This document shows, one piece after another, positions 26,600 to 40,700 of a stretch of 64,000 nucleotides of DNA. This DNA is from Utricularia gibba (Eukaryota > Plantae > Magnoliophyta). Location: assembly GCA_002189035.1 (NCBI GenBank), contig CM007990.1:2604001-2668000 (forward strand), read 5' to 3'. The translations under genes and the position numbers were made by a program. The notes under the pieces are model-generated. The model searched no databases. It was not told where the DNA came from and saw nothing but the letters and a program-made list of their open reading frames with translations. Position 1 is the first letter of the stretch. The number at the start of each line of letters is the position of its first letter.

Positions 26600-28934
26600 A
26601 GAAGCTCATCTCAAGACCATTCATGCTAACGTATGACACAAAAGCTCTCATGCTGATAGAGATACAATTAGAGCTATCAAGTTGAATGCTATTAGGAGGA
26701 AGCCAATGACGTGCTTTGCAAGTTAGAACTCTTATTACAAGAGAAGAGAGTGGATGAGGTGTACACAAGTGATGTGTGTTGTTTCCATAAAAAAATTTAA
26801 ATATTTTTTTAGAACTCATAAAACACAAAAAATGCATAATATGGGTGTTGAATACAACACAAAAAAACATAATTGCATGGAGGCATATGGAACCTGATCA
26901 AGTTCAAAGAAGAAATCAAGATTAACTAATGAAACATAAATCTAGGAGTCTCCCAACCCAGAAACAAAAGTTTCTAGCCACGAATGACCATATAAACTAA
27001 AAGAACGAAAAAAAAGTTTTAAAGAGAAGCTAGAGGAAAAAATCCTCTAAAGAGAGAAACTAAGTCTAAAAACTAAAATTTCAATTGAATGCTGAATGTC
27101 TAAACTGAACTGAACTTTTTTGTCTGAGTTTTCATGTTCTCGTTGTCTTGTTGGACTGAAGTGATTTGCAAGAAAACTTCTCCTCTGGCATTGGTACTCT
27201 AATGATTTCATTTGGCCAAAGACTTCCATGTACCACATGCCAAGGCTTTTCATTAGGCATTTGCACTCTTGTGGATATCAAAAAGATGTCAGTTCGGAAG
27301 ATCTATTTTGTTGCCAACTATTGGTTCCTTTCTCACACTTCTTGCCACGTGTTTGCCCCTAATAAAACTTAAACAAAACTAGTAAAAACATTAGATAAAA
27401 TACAAGATTTAGGACAATTACCCTAATCTAGATAAAAACTTAAATCTTATATTATAAACTCTTAACTAAAATACTTTAATCATATTTAGACATGAAAACA
27501 ACCTAAAATTTAATGAGAAAATGACATCTAACAACGAGAATCTTTTCATACCAAGAAAAGGAATAGAAACCATATAATCAATACATCCAATTGGTACTCG
27601 AGATCATCCTCGCCTCTCTAAAAGATCCATATATTGGAAAGATGCTAGGAAAGTCCCCATTGGGTAGCCAAAGTAGTAGCACATGAGGCTTATAAGTTTT
27701 GGAAAACCGATGCAATACTCGTCTACTTTGGTGTTGGAAAACCCATGGTGGGATGTGGGGTGAGTGTTACCAAACCATTTGTTAATAGATATAATTGCCC
27801 TCTTGCCCAATCTATTTCTCTTCAAATTCTATATTGAGTGTCATTTTTCTTACTATCTTTTAGGTCATTTTAGATGTTTAAATATAATCAGAATTGCCAA
27901 ATTATAGGTTTATAACATAATTTTTAGGCTTTATCTAGATTAGGGTAATAATCTTAATTTAAGTGTTTCATCTAATATTTTTATCTAGTTTCGTTTAAGT
28001 TTTATAAGGGGGCGAGCATGCAGTAGGAAGTGTGAGAAAGGGAGTATCACATGGTGAAAAAATAGATTTTCCCGATCTGACATTTCCTTAATTTTCGGAA
28101 GAATATAGATACCTAATGATTAGTCTTGACGTTCAATACACGGGAGCTTCTGATAGATGAAATCTTAGTATACCAGTGTCAAAGCAGAAGTTTCCTTGCA
28201 AGTCACTCCAGTCTAGTAGGATTAGAGGAACATGAAAACTCAGACAAAAGTAGTTCAATTTCAGTTCAGACATGGACTCGACTTTCAATTCCAATTTTAC
28301 TTTTTGACTATTAGTTTATCTTTCTAGAGGATTTTTCCTTTGGTTTCTCTCTAGAACTTGCTTTCGTTTTTCTTAGTTTGTATGGTCATTCGCGGCTAAA
28401 AAATTTTGTTTCTAGATTGGGAGACTCCCAATGCTATATTTCATTAGTTAATATCTATTTCTTCTTTTAATCTAATCGGGTTCCATATGTTTTTGCACGA
28501 TTATGTTTCAATCTTTCTGTAATAGCTTTCTTGTTCAAGATTCATGGTTAGCAGGACATCTTACTTCTGCGTTTTTCCAAAGAGGAGAACCATAAGACTA
28601 TTCCCGTGCCTTCTTGCAAGAGAGTGTAAGGGAGGGTAGGTAATTCCTTAGTTCTATAATCGAGTACTCAAGAAGATTAGAGAAGAGAAAAGACATGATG
28701 AACATAGTTGGACAGGATTCTAATCCCAAGAGCATTCTCTTTATTTAAGATTCATTGCTTAATTTTCTCGCACTTTTTATTTTACAAACCCATTTACAAA
28801 TCATGACAATTGTATGTGATATAACTTCACCTTTCACTGAAAAGCAACTTCCTATGTTCGACACCCGTACTACACATTTTCTATTTTATGAGTTTAAAAT
28901 TTTTTAAAATTTTTTGTGGAAGCGACATCCATCA
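26600..28934. repeat. Two related LTRs in inverted orientation (about 26800-27533 minus; about 27832-28934 plus)
   Basis: Mirror blocks, e.g. GAAAACTCAGACAAAA..GTTCA, GCAAGTCACT..AGTC and GGGAGACTCC, occur on opposite strands; spacer about 300 bp. Confidence 0.75.
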
Positions 28935-29149
28935 ATATATGTCGTAACCCAATTGAGGATCATCAAACAAGGTTTTGAGGTTTATTGTGATATATGGTTT
29001 CCTCAAATTATTTTTCTCCAATTCTTAGGCCCTTGTCCTATAGTTATGAGTTACTTAGGAAAATTCCTCTATGATTATCAAGGTTATCAGAACTCATTAT
29101 AGGTTATAAATTCACTTGTTTAGATGAGTTTAGAATAAGTAAAAAGGTC

Positions 29150-30606
29150 TTTGGAAAGTTGTGTATATTTTTGTAGGATTATTCAAGCTTATCAATATCA
29201 AAATATATGACAGTCTCGAAGATGGTTGCTATTTTCTTAGAGATAATGGCACACCTCCAAAAACAATATGCAATAAAAAATTAATTCAAATGTTCTACAT
29301 TGACAATCAATAAGATCTTCAAAATGGTGCTCATTGCAGCCCTCAAATTACATAACAAGCTGCTAGAAAAACCTTTAATCCATCAACGATGAAAATACCA
29401 ATCCATCTTTCAAATATTTATAAATAACATCATGATCTTTGGATGCATTTATTATTTGTTTATCATGAAAAACTTGTAATTACAGAATGCCTTAGGGGCT
29501 CTACTATGGACATTCAAGTCAAGCTAGAGGCACCAGTGAGATATCATAGTAGGAAGAACTGATAAACGAAAAATATTTGCAACGTCGTTAGAATTGCGAA
29601 TTTCTCCTATCAAATAAAATTTATAAACATAATTCACATCAAATCATATAAAAAAAATGAGCATAGTGGACTAGGGTCGAACACAAGGAGTTAGGTACTT
29701 GCTATGTGAAAGTCAATGTATGCAATCAGTGTCACGTTGATAGAGTTGTTCTTAACTAGGACTAAGGCAAAGTTACAATAAAATAAAGTAAAGAAAAGTA
29801 ACAAGCTTCTGAACTCGGTTGTTCCTAGAATGAAATAGGTGATTCCTTGGGACTCCTAGGGAATGTATGCTTATCACTAAACAAGCTCACATAAATCATA
29901 AATCAAATAATTAACACACAAAGTCTACGTCTACCCGGACTCTTGTTTTTCCCCAAATTTTTGGCCTACCTCTAGTTAGGGTTGTTAAGCTGGGTTTCAC
30001 TACTTCTCCCTCCTGAATCTATCCTAGTTTGTTAAGGAAGTGGCATGACTTATGGTTGATTAGGTCTAAAGATTGATTAGTACAAATCTCCCCTTTTCAC
30101 CCCAAGGCACCCCTAAATACTTAGCCACTCATAACGAGGGAAAGGAAGACACTTTCATAACCTAGAAACTAGAACATGTTTCTACGTGCTAAAATATAGA
30201 ACTAGGTAGTAAAGCTTAAGTTTTGTAACACAATATGAGTCATTTTCCTGTATTTAATTACTCAAAAATATGTGTTATCAAGAACAAAATAGCCATCATT
30301 GCTTTAGGTGTCTATATCCCAAACCTACACTTATCTATGTATTGAGTAGGTAAGATGGATCTGCAATTGATAGTCATGTGCTCCAAAGTGCTTTTTTGAG
30401 GCAGATGGCTAAGGGTTCAAAAAGATATGCAAATAACTTTTACTTTTATTATGTCTAATATGTGCATTGATGTGTGGAATACTACTATCTATGTGATAGT
30501 AGATATACAAATTGCAATGATTTTTTAACACCATACCATGACATCAAATACCACTTGGAGAAGTTTGGCACAAGTAGTAAAGCACCTCAAAATCCTAAGG
30601 AATATT
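29150..30606 (+). pseudogene. PIF/Harbinger transposase remnant split by a solo LTR and cut by a MULE
   Basis: KMVAIFLEIMAH, ALGAL, RYHSRKN|KIAIIALGV, DGSAIDSHVLQSA, YTNCNDFLTPYHDIKYHL, PQNPKEY. Confidence 0.75.
29560..30280 (-). mobile_element. Athila-family solo LTR with TSD AGAAC
   Basis: TGATAAACG...GTGTTATCA; AGAAC at 29555-29559 and 30281-30285; homologous to 43492-44370. Confidence 0.88.
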
Positions 30607-33600
30607 GGGGATAATTTCAAAAACTAGTCATAATATTGTCCTGTTTTTAAAAATGCATCATAATGTATAAAATGAGTTATAAACTAGTCACTATACTTTT
30701 CATCGATTGCAAAATTCGGTCACATGGCGTAATTAGTAACCGAAGATTATGGAAATTTACTAAAATACCCACCCCGATTGAGGGAACGCCAATAATTGGG
30801 GGAAAATACTTTTCACCTCATTTGGGTGCGATTCTAGGTGTCAGTTGAACACCAGGAAATGGGGGAAAATGGGGTTGGGTAATAGCGGTGGCTTGCGGAA
30901 TTGCACAAGTGAGTTGTACTTTGAAGGTAAGTTTTTCGATTTACACTATGGCAGAAAAAATATTTGCTGATTTGAGAGACAGAAGCATATTGATGGTAAG
31001 GATATCTACATTGATGTGTTAGATCCAAGAATTTTTTTCCTTGCAATACTTTCGTGAAATTGCTGCTTCCTATGGTTATCAAAATGCCCAATCGGTTAGT
31101 GTGTGGATGAAATGTTGCAATGATATTAAGGAAATATTTAGTGAGATTGAGGTTAATGAATGTGTTGATATACTAGAAAAAGATGGTCCCTTAGAAATAC
31201 TGCTGCTAGGAAATAGAAATTCCAGTGCAGTTGAGAAGCATGATGATCATTTGGTGCCAAAAATTAGGTAACTTATTGTTGTAGTTTAATGGCATTATAG
31301 TTAGTGAATTATGATTTAATGGCATTTGGAATAAACTTTGCAGGGAGCATATTTGATGAGGTTGGAGACATGTTAGAAGGCCACGAAAGGTTACCCAAAG
31401 AAAGAGGAAAGACAACCAAATCCATTATATAGCATACTTGCATTGAAGGTAATTTGTACATCCTTTAGTTGTTGATATTTTGCTATAATGTTACCCTGAA
31501 TTTTGTGATACATGTGGTGATTGAAGAGGTTAACACATTCATTGGAAGTAAACCACCATATGCATAAAAAAGTAAGGCTATGTAAGCTACGTTTTACATT
31601 TTCAGTGATGTTTACAAGTGAAAGAATAGTAATCAAAGATTCTAAATCCTTTAGCAAAGAGTTCTTGTTCAACTAAACCGAAGCATAAAAAGATAACTGC
31701 AAAAAGAAGCTCTAGAGGTATGAAAAAAGGTTAGCAATAGGGTAACTTTCTCGATTTCACATTATGAAATCACATAAGACTGTTCTTTTAGGTTGTATTG
31801 GAGAGGATAACACAGATCATGGCTAAGGCTGTAAGTTCACAGATAGTGCTATAAGGTGCCATGGTCGAAAAGGAAAACGCAAGTCAATAGGCAAAGATAA
31901 TGTTATAGCCGAAGAATATGAATATGAGCATATAGGGAAGAATGCACATGAAATTGATCATCAAAATGAGTCAAGTGGTTCAGATTTAGAATTTTGGAGG
32001 GATGAGTTAAATATGTTTGAGAAACATATTACAACAAGTGAGGCTCTCGTGGTTCAGATATAAATTGCTACAAAAAAAAGTATGCCTAATATTTTTGAAG
32101 ATAATGAGGTTGGTATGGTAACTGAAAATGAAGAGTTTGATAGTTTAGATAGTGAAAAAGATAAGTTACGACTAGGATGCCAAGCCAAGGTTAGAAGGTT
32201 CAACTTGAAGAGAGAAATGGCCAATTCTGTTCTACAAAAGGGCCTTATTTTTAGTAGTAAAAGGAAGCAAAGATGGCAATTGAAAACTACAACTTGGGAA
32301 GGACATCATTTTCTTGACCAACAATCGACAATGATTGGAAGTATACTGCAGGATAAAGGCATGTAGTGGATGATCAACATTTCACAGATGAAAAATGACA
32401 AAGTATGGACTGTGAAATCATATCATGAGAAGCACACTACTTGTGGTAAGTTGCAAAAGCGGATGTTAATGAAATCATGGTGGTTAGGTACATAGTATGC
32501 TAAGTTTGTGGCCGAACATCCCAAAGTGTCAATGCAAGATTTTAGGAAGCATGTTGTGGCAACCTTAAAAGTGGATATTTCTAAGACGCAGGCTCATTGT
32601 GGTAGAGCAGCACTTAGTGGGACAAAACGTGAGCAATGAAACAAACTTAGAAATTACTGAGGTGAGCAAAAAGTTGCCAATCCAGACTCCACTATTGTGT
32701 TGAAGACAAACAGTGAAACGAATGCTATAGACGAAAAATTCCAGGGAGTTTATATATGTTTTGGAGTCATCAAGAAGAACTTTAAAAATGGTTGTCATGA
32801 ATTCATTGGACAAGATGGGTGCTTCTTGAAAGGGCTGTTTGGTGGTCAATTACTTACTGCTGTTAGCCTAGATGCGAATAACTCTCTTTTTCCTTATGTT
32901 TTTACAGTAGTAGTGAAGGATAATTTTGTCAATTGGAGGTGGTTCATTGACCTTCTAAAAAAGGATTTGGAAGTTGGCAATGGGAAGTTTTGGACATTCA
33001 TGTCCGATAAACAAAAGGGATTAGTTGAATGCTTTGACTACCTAAAGCGGAAAACTGTTTTTGTGTTCAGCACTTGCACGGTAATATGAAAATGGCAAGG
33101 TTCATTGATATGCCAATTAAAAAACTAGTGTGGGCAGCTGCTAGATCATGATGGGTGGAAGTGTGGAAGCATCACATGGATGCTATGAAACAAAAATTTG
33201 ATGACGCATATGAATGGCTTCAGAAAAGGGATGTGGCAGAATGAAGTCTTTTTTTTCTCCATTTGGGAAGTGTGATGCTCTCCTAAAAAACTGCTGCGAG
33301 TGTTTCAATTCTATGTTACTTGAAGCACGTGAACTGCCTATCATCCAATTGTTAGAGGACATTAGCAATTTGCAGATGATTCGGATTGACAGCATAAGAA
33401 CTCAATGTTTAAAATGTGAATGCTAGTTATGTACCAAGATAAAATCTTGGTTGGACAAATTAGAGGATGATGCAATAGAATACTTTACAATGCAGAGCAA
33501 TGAGAACGACTATCAAATAGTTGGTCCATACATGACTAGAACTATCAATTTACTTGAAAAACATGTATTTGTGGGTCTTGGCAGTTAACTTCATTTCCAT

Positions 33601-34500
33601 GTTGTCATGCAGTGGCCGTAATATGGCATAAAGGTCATAAGGTTGAAAACTATATTGATGAGTGCTACAAGACAAGTGCTTGGGGTCAGCCAATATCAAC
33701 ATTCAATCGGATGTGTTTCTAGTGAAGACCTGTGGAAGCATTCTGTTATTCCTTCTCCATTACCCCAAATTACGCAAAAGGTGCTAGCAGGCCAAGAAAG
33801 GCGAGGAAACGCAATCCTGAAGAGCCTCCTCTAGTTAAATATCCGAATTGAGCATAGGGGCTAACAAGAGTGTCCAACCAATCTAGCTCATGCCAACAAG
33901 TTGGCCACAAAAAACGAACTTGCAAGAAGCTACAAGAAAACAAAGAGCATTCCGTAAGGTTTCTTCAGCATTTGTTACACACATTTTTTCTGTTACAATT
34001 TATTGCTAACATTGTTCTTCATTCATGCCATAGCAATTCAAGAAAACACTGTAAACCAACCAATTGGAGATGATGCTCTAGTTCCCATAGATGATCAAAC
34101 ACCACAAGTAGAAACTACCAACAAAATACTAGCATTGGGTTCTAGAGATCAGGTATGTTCTATTAAAACCAATGGGCAGCATCTCAACATCAGCCTGTAG
34201 AGCAACATAAGAAGAAAAAGAATTGTGGGTAACTAAACTTACTTTGCTTATTATACACTATTGAATAATGTTCGTAGCTAACAAATTTTGTTATATAGAA
34301 TACAAAGGCTGCCACTACACATGCATCTACACGGTAAACTTTTCTTGTTTCAGATAATATAAGAGCTGTGAATGCACCGGTGATTGTTAAAGATAACAAC
34401 AACTATGTCACTTTGTCTAACCTTAAAAATAGCTTGAAAAAAAAAATAGTTGCCCACCAGCCAAACCATCAACGTTGAGACAATGTTTCAAGGGCCATGT
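30607..34500 (+). mobile_element. MuDR/MULE element, degenerate transposase, left TIR only
   Basis: TIR-like GGGGATAATTTCAAAAACTAGTCA; WTVKSYHEKHT; GQDGCFLKGLFGGQLLTAVSLDANN..WRWF..SDKQKGL; SWIM-like C.CGSWQLTSFPCCHA; CCHC knuckle C..VGHKKRTC. Right TIR not found. Confidence 0.85.
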
Positions 34501-35292
34501 TTTTATGAAGATTTTGTTGTTGACATTTTAATGTATTTTATGTGAATGAGATTTGATCTTTGGCATTTTGACATATTGTAAGTTTACAATAATACAATGA
34601 TTCAATCTATAATAAATCCATAAACAAGTAGAATTCGATTTCAAAATAATATTCTCAGGATTAGCTCTCCATTGTATCTAAAATGGATTCTATTTAAAAT
34701 CATACACATATTCATTAAGTTATAACAACTTTGGTATGACAACAATGTGGGTTAGGGAAAAATAAGGTGAGAACAAGGTGCAATGTGGGTTAGGAAAAAA
34801 TAAGGTGCAAGGTGGTATCAATCAGAATATTATTTTTTTCAAAATCAGAGGCAAACAATTAAATATTTAAATCAGAGTTCATTCCCAAAAAGATTACCAC
34901 AAAATCTTTATAGGACAACAAAGTATGCAACATAATTAGAGTAGAATTCCACCTAGTTGACAAATCATATTTCAAACTTTGAAAAGGGATATTAATAGCT
35001 TGACACAAAAGTTTAAAAACATCTCTTTTTGGAGCTCTAACTTCAAAAGTGGAAACTAATCTACGAATATCAACAACTAAAACATTCAACATGGGAAGTT
35101 TCAAGAAATGTTGTATACACAAATCTAATATATGACAAATGCATCTAGAATGATAAAACACACTACTCATAATAGGATTCATAGAGGTTTTCAAAACACG
35201 TATAGCATTTGCATTCTTCAAAGCGTTATCAAGTGTAATAGTAAAAGTATGATAAAAAAAACACCATATTCATGACATACATCATCTATAAT

Positions 35293-35970
35293 TGATAACA
35301 CATAGTTTTCGTTATTTTAGAATTATACAATCATTTATATTATGTTATAAAATAAGGATTTTACTAAGTATTTCCATATTTTCATAATTAGCAATACTAT
35401 TTAGGTATTTTATTTCAGATTGGGACTAAATCCTAAAACTACACCTGATGTTGTTTTTCTTTAACATGAGCAACTGAGCACAAAGTGATGCCTTGGAACC
35501 AGAGGGGATAAACATGTTTATTATTCTTTAAACCATATTAATCACTTAATCACTCTAGTTTCTTAAAAAACTCGGGTATATCAAGGAAGGAAAATTAATA
35601 ATACATTGATTATATGCCAACCCTAATTGAGTAAACTTAATTTTTTGTTTGATTGGATGAATGATTTTTTATTGGAGTGGGATAAGGATAGTAATAAGCA
35701 TGTTGTCCCTAGAAGTCTCAAGGCATCACATTATTTTACTTTAGATAGGAATATAATTCACTTGTTTATTTCTTTACTGCATTTTACCAAAGACTTGCAT
35801 TATTCCTAGGTTAGATTTAATCTACCATCATGACAAGCACCAGCTCTTCCTGTTCGACCCTAATCCACTATACTCATATTTCTTGTATGATTAATTGTAA
35901 ATTAGGTTTATAAATTTATTTGGAAGGGGAATTTATGTTTTTATGACGTGGGCAAATTTTCCATTTATCA
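35293..35970 (+). mobile_element. Athila-family solo LTR (deleted) with TSD ATAAT
   Basis: TGATAACACA...CCATTTATCA; ATAAT at 35288-35292 and 35971-35975. Confidence 0.88.
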
Positions 35971-36124
35971 ATAATCATTACAATTTTTGGTCCATTTTGA
36001 GGACTATCCATGTCTTTAAAGGGAATGATCCTCTTCTCAATGGTTCAATTTCCATCAATCCATGTAAGAGTCATAGCAATATAATATTCACCATTAATAC
36101 CATGCTAACCATGACTAGTTATGG

Positions 36125-36623
36125 TGTTATGGGTGAAAATCGATGTTTGTGAAGGGATCGATTTTTGGGTGAAAGGTGTGACCGGGAAATTCCGTACCTT
36201 CCTATGTTTCTCACAATTTTTTTTCGGTTTGGTTAACGGGAACGGGGGGTAGGCAAAGATTTTTACGTGGAAACCACCGTAAGACGGAAAAAACCACGGA
36301 GCTGTCGGAGCTCGCCAGAGAAAGTTCTTACTAGAGGGATGTGGTGAAGAAAAGTACAGGTGGGAGGCTTGGGATCGAATCCTCTCTCCGTTATGATTTC
36401 TTCTATTTTATGAGCTTCGCAGGTGTCGGCTACCTTTCTGCACTTGTGCTATGATCTTGCTTTTCAGACAATCGCCGCCCATTCTGCCATGACTCGGTTA
36501 CTCTTTAGACTGAGCCACACCGCCCTTGTCAGATCCTCTGACACATATCGATCTGTTGACAGGCATTGTCTTATCAAAAACCGATTATCCTCAACCGATT
36601 TGTATCCTATCAGTATCCTATCA
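36125..36623 (-). mobile_element. Tat-family solo LTR with TSD TATGG
   Basis: Reverse-complement copy of the LTRs of the 38093-47678 element; TATGG at 36120-36124 and 36624-36628. Confidence 0.92.
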
Positions 36624-37649
36624 TATGGTAAATTCACAATCCAAAGATTCAAATAAAGAAACTTATTCTTTTTCTATTTCTCAAATTGATCAAATGCTAT
36701 TTTAACAGCCAATCTTCTAGAAAAAAGAAAAAAATTGAGGTTGCATTTTCTTTATAAAAAAATTCATCATATATAGATTTTGAAGATCATAAAGTGGTTT
36801 CTCACTTGTAATAAAAGCAAGCAAATAATTAACTTGATTAGATTTTTAATCAAATGAAAATTTTTTCAAAAGATTTTCACCTACTAAAGTCAATTTTTTT
36901 TTGTTTGGAACAAATACTATACTTATCAAAATGGTTTCTTTCAAGATGACATAAATTGTTAGAAGTGCTACCTCCCTTATCATGCTTGTAGTTAGAAGCA
37001 GAATAATTGCAATTAGCCCTTCCCATTTTTGGATCATTGGTGAATTGATCATGTCAATCTATTAATTTTCCTTTAGCCTTCCATTTAGTTGATGTCTTCA
37101 TCGATCCAGTAACTTCATTACAATTATCATCATCTTCAATTCATTGAAAAATATCATTGTTTATTTTCTCAGGCTGTTCAATAGAATGATTTGAAGTATA
37201 TTCATCTATAAAAAATTGAAATATATATAGCTTTGAACTCAATTTTTAAACCCATACAAAATAAAAAAAACTTCTTTGAAAAATACCTAAATACAGATAA
37301 AAGAACACAACTTTAGCCGGAAAAATACCATGATATTTTCATAGAAAACATGAAATACATCTTATCAAAGTGTTTGCCTTTGACTCGATTTTGAACATGA
37401 TACATCAAGCAACATTTGTGGACTTGAAAAGTACAAAACCAGACATAAATTAAAAGAGAAATAGGGAATGGAAATAAAAGTCATTGTATAATGAGAATAA
37501 TATAAGTAGAGATGGAGAATTGCAAAATGCACAAAGAATAGGTAATAGGGTTTGACATGTGAGGCTTGAAAGTATGCAGTAAGGAAATGATATGGGATCT
37601 CATATCTGACCATTGCGCAAAAGGAAATTCCCTTTTTCAATGCATCAAC

Positions 37650-37775
37650 TAGTAGGTCAACCCAAACCCATTCAGCCATGACCCGACTCGCAGCCGTATT
37701 TGATGGGTGCGAGTCAACAAACGAGTCGGTTAAGTTGATGGGTTGACTCGACTCACTGTCGAGGTTGAACTTCTC
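37650..37775. repeat. Probable hAT subterminal repeat cluster
   Basis: Clustered GACTCG/CGAGTC and ACCC motifs upstream of the hAT ORF; the TIR itself was not identified. Confidence 0.4.
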
Positions 37776-40700
37776 CTTATTCTAACTTCTTCCTTCTTCT
37801 AGAACATGACAAAAATAGACTGGTCACATTATTTGAATAATTAGCTAGTAAACAAGTACAAGTAGAATAACAAAACACATTTTAAAGGATAATAAATAAG
37901 TACATTGGAAGTCCCTTAGGCCATCTCTCTCATTTCTTACAATCCTTGGCATTTGGCTTGACCATGAGACTATAAATAATGAGTTATGATGCCTTTGCTC
38001 ATGAAACTAGATCAAGAGCCACCCACTCGCTGCAATTTTACAAAATCCAGCCTTACACTAGTAATACATGTCTTGCTAGCAACAATCCTATTTGATAGGA
38101 TACTGATAGGAAAAAAATCGGTTGAGGATAATCGGTTTTTTGAAAGGCTGCCAAGCAGGGTTTTTGTTGAGACAATGCATGTCGAGAGATCGATATGTGT
38201 CAGAAGATCTGACAAGGACAGTGTGGCTCAATCTGAAGAGTAACCGAGTCACGGCAAAATGGGTGGCGATTGTCTGAAAAGCAAGATCATAGCACAAGTG
38301 AAGAAAGGTAGTCGACACCTGCGAAGCTCATGATTCGGTCGGGTCGGCCTCCCCTATAAATAGAAGAAATCATAACAGAGAGAGGGTTCGATCCCAAGCC
38401 CCCCACCTGTACTTCTCTTCACCATATCCCTTTAGTAAGAACTTTCTTCGGCGAGCTCCGACAGCTCCATGGTTTTTTCCGTCTTACGGCGGTTTCTACG
38501 TAAAAATCTTCGCCTACCCCCGCTCTCGTTAACCAAACCAAAAAAAGTCGTGAAAAACATTGGAAGGTACGGAATTTCCCGGTCGCACCTTTCACCTGAA
38601 AATCGGTCCCTTCACAAATATCGATTTTCACCCATAACATTTTTTGCGCCTACCGTGGGGCCGATCTACTACCCCACTCGAGAAATCCAAAAGAGCCACT
38701 CACTAAGCACTGACCATGGCGGAAAATAGCGCAGCGACCAACCCGGCCCATGACGGAAGCGCCGACGTACAAGACCTTGGTCTTATGATCACCAGCAGGG
38801 AACAACTGAAGGCCCTACTAACGGAAATCCTCGCCGACTTCAGGGCACCTTCGGGTCTGAACTCCAATGCCCAGGAGGGGACACCTGAAACCGCACCACG
38901 AGCGGAGCAACCCCTGATTCCGGAATACTGAGTCTGAAACCGAGGAGGAGATACTGCGAAGGAAAAGGCGCAACCAAGTCATTTATGAGCCCGGAACGGA
39001 TAGGGAAAACATGACTAATGAAATCTAAGAAAAAAGGGAAGAAGAACTGAAGAGAGAATTGGATCAGATCCGGGAAAGACGAAAGCTCATCGCTGCGCAA
39101 ACGCTACCGAGAGAGAAAGAGAGTAGGGGCTTCAGGGACGCCTTCAACCAGAATGTCTACACCGGAAGAGGAGATGTTCTTGCCGACATTGATCTAGCCC
39201 TGAAGAATAGTGTTGAAGGAGCGGCGAGAACCCCAGCACTTTGCTTTGATCCCTTCTCGGATGAACTCATCCGAGAAGAGCCCGAAAGGGATTTAGAGTC
39301 CCCGATGGACTGCCCACATACGATGGAAAAGGAGACCCCATATCTCACGTGACTCATTTCGACATGAGGATGGCCATGGTCCGGCATTTGGAAGCTATGA
39401 AGTGTAAGCTTTTCGCTTGCTCACTCCAGAAGGGAGCCAAGATCTAGTTCAAGCAGTTAGAACCATGCAGCGTGGGATCCTATCGGGAGTTGGTGTTAAT
39501 CTTCACTACCCGATATGCTGTCAATATCGAAGCCCCACCATCAAAGGCAGCGTTGTATTCCATTCCGTACGATCACAGAAGAGAAAGCTTGAAGAAATTC
39601 ATCGACCGATTCAACTGCCTGGCGCAGGACGTCCAACTAGACTTGAAGGAAAGGGTAAAAATAATGAAGTGGGCCTTGGGAACATCAAAGTTTGTTCAGA
39701 GTCTATCTAAATCCCCACCGAAGAATCTCGGAGAATTGTTACAGAAAATCATGAAGTACATCCGAGTTGACGACGACCTGAGGACAGAGATGAAAAGCCG
39801 TGCAGAGATCTGCCCGGTTTCGCAGCAAGATGTGCAATCTATCTGGCCCCCTCGACCGAATAAGCATCGTGAAGTATATCAGGTGGAACCAACCAGAACC
39901 GAGGCCTATTGCGAAATACACAAAACCATGGGGCACGACACTGTCAACTGCTGAGTAATGAAGAGGATGATCGAGCAGTATCATGCTGGTGGCGGAATGA
40001 GCAACGCGACACGGAACCCCGCACAGATGACGGAACGAAAAAGGGGACGTAACGTACAGACGGGGAACGAGGGCAGCCGATACCCGAAGTTCCCCCCGAA
40101 ATCAATAGGAGGACTCCTGTGAGCTAGCAAAGTCTTGAACCACAAAGGGGATCGAGATAGACCGGAGAGTTCAAGAAACGCAGACTGAGCACAGGGTAGT
40201 CCCCCTATGTTCGGGAAATCCATATGGTATCCAGGGGGACCGAGATTGACGAATCCGGAAAATCACAAAAGAGATATTTGGAGGAGGCTAGAAAAAGAGA
40301 AATCTTTGAGATCGTGAAAGGACAGATTGAGAGAGTTGCGTGGGAGATGGAGGAGATCAATTTCTCTGAAAAAGACATTCCCACTGGCATAGCCGCACGA
40401 AACGAACCTTTGGTGGTAGCAGGGATATGCGGGAGCACCAACGTAAGAAGGATTCTCATCGATCAGGGATCTTCCTGCAACATTATGAAAAAGGATGTCA
40501 CAGAGTTTCTGGCGTCGTCCAAAGAGGGGGATATCCGACCGATCCGCATGGAGTTATATGCATTCGACCAGCGGGCTGTGCAAACTATTGGGAAGATAAC
40601 CCTGCCCGTGACATTCGGTGCGGCAGGGCAAAACTGGACCGAAACATTGGAATTCCTGATTCTGGATTCAGAGGTCTCGTATGACGTGATCCTCGGCCGA

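Larger units (their letters stand above)
34830..37250 (-). pseudogene. BED-finger hAT transposase remnant carrying two solo-LTR insertions
   Basis: BED-like GRANCNY..KGGSTSNNLCHLERNH (about 36930-37040); FTITSHG..EYYIAMTLTWID; TITLDNA; SRCICHILDL; STRWNST. Confidence 0.85.

Noticed and set aside
34745-34810. 26-bp direct repeat (and a 17-bp duplication near 52735-52770)
   Set aside because: Two-copy local duplications without spacer structure; not CRISPR-like.
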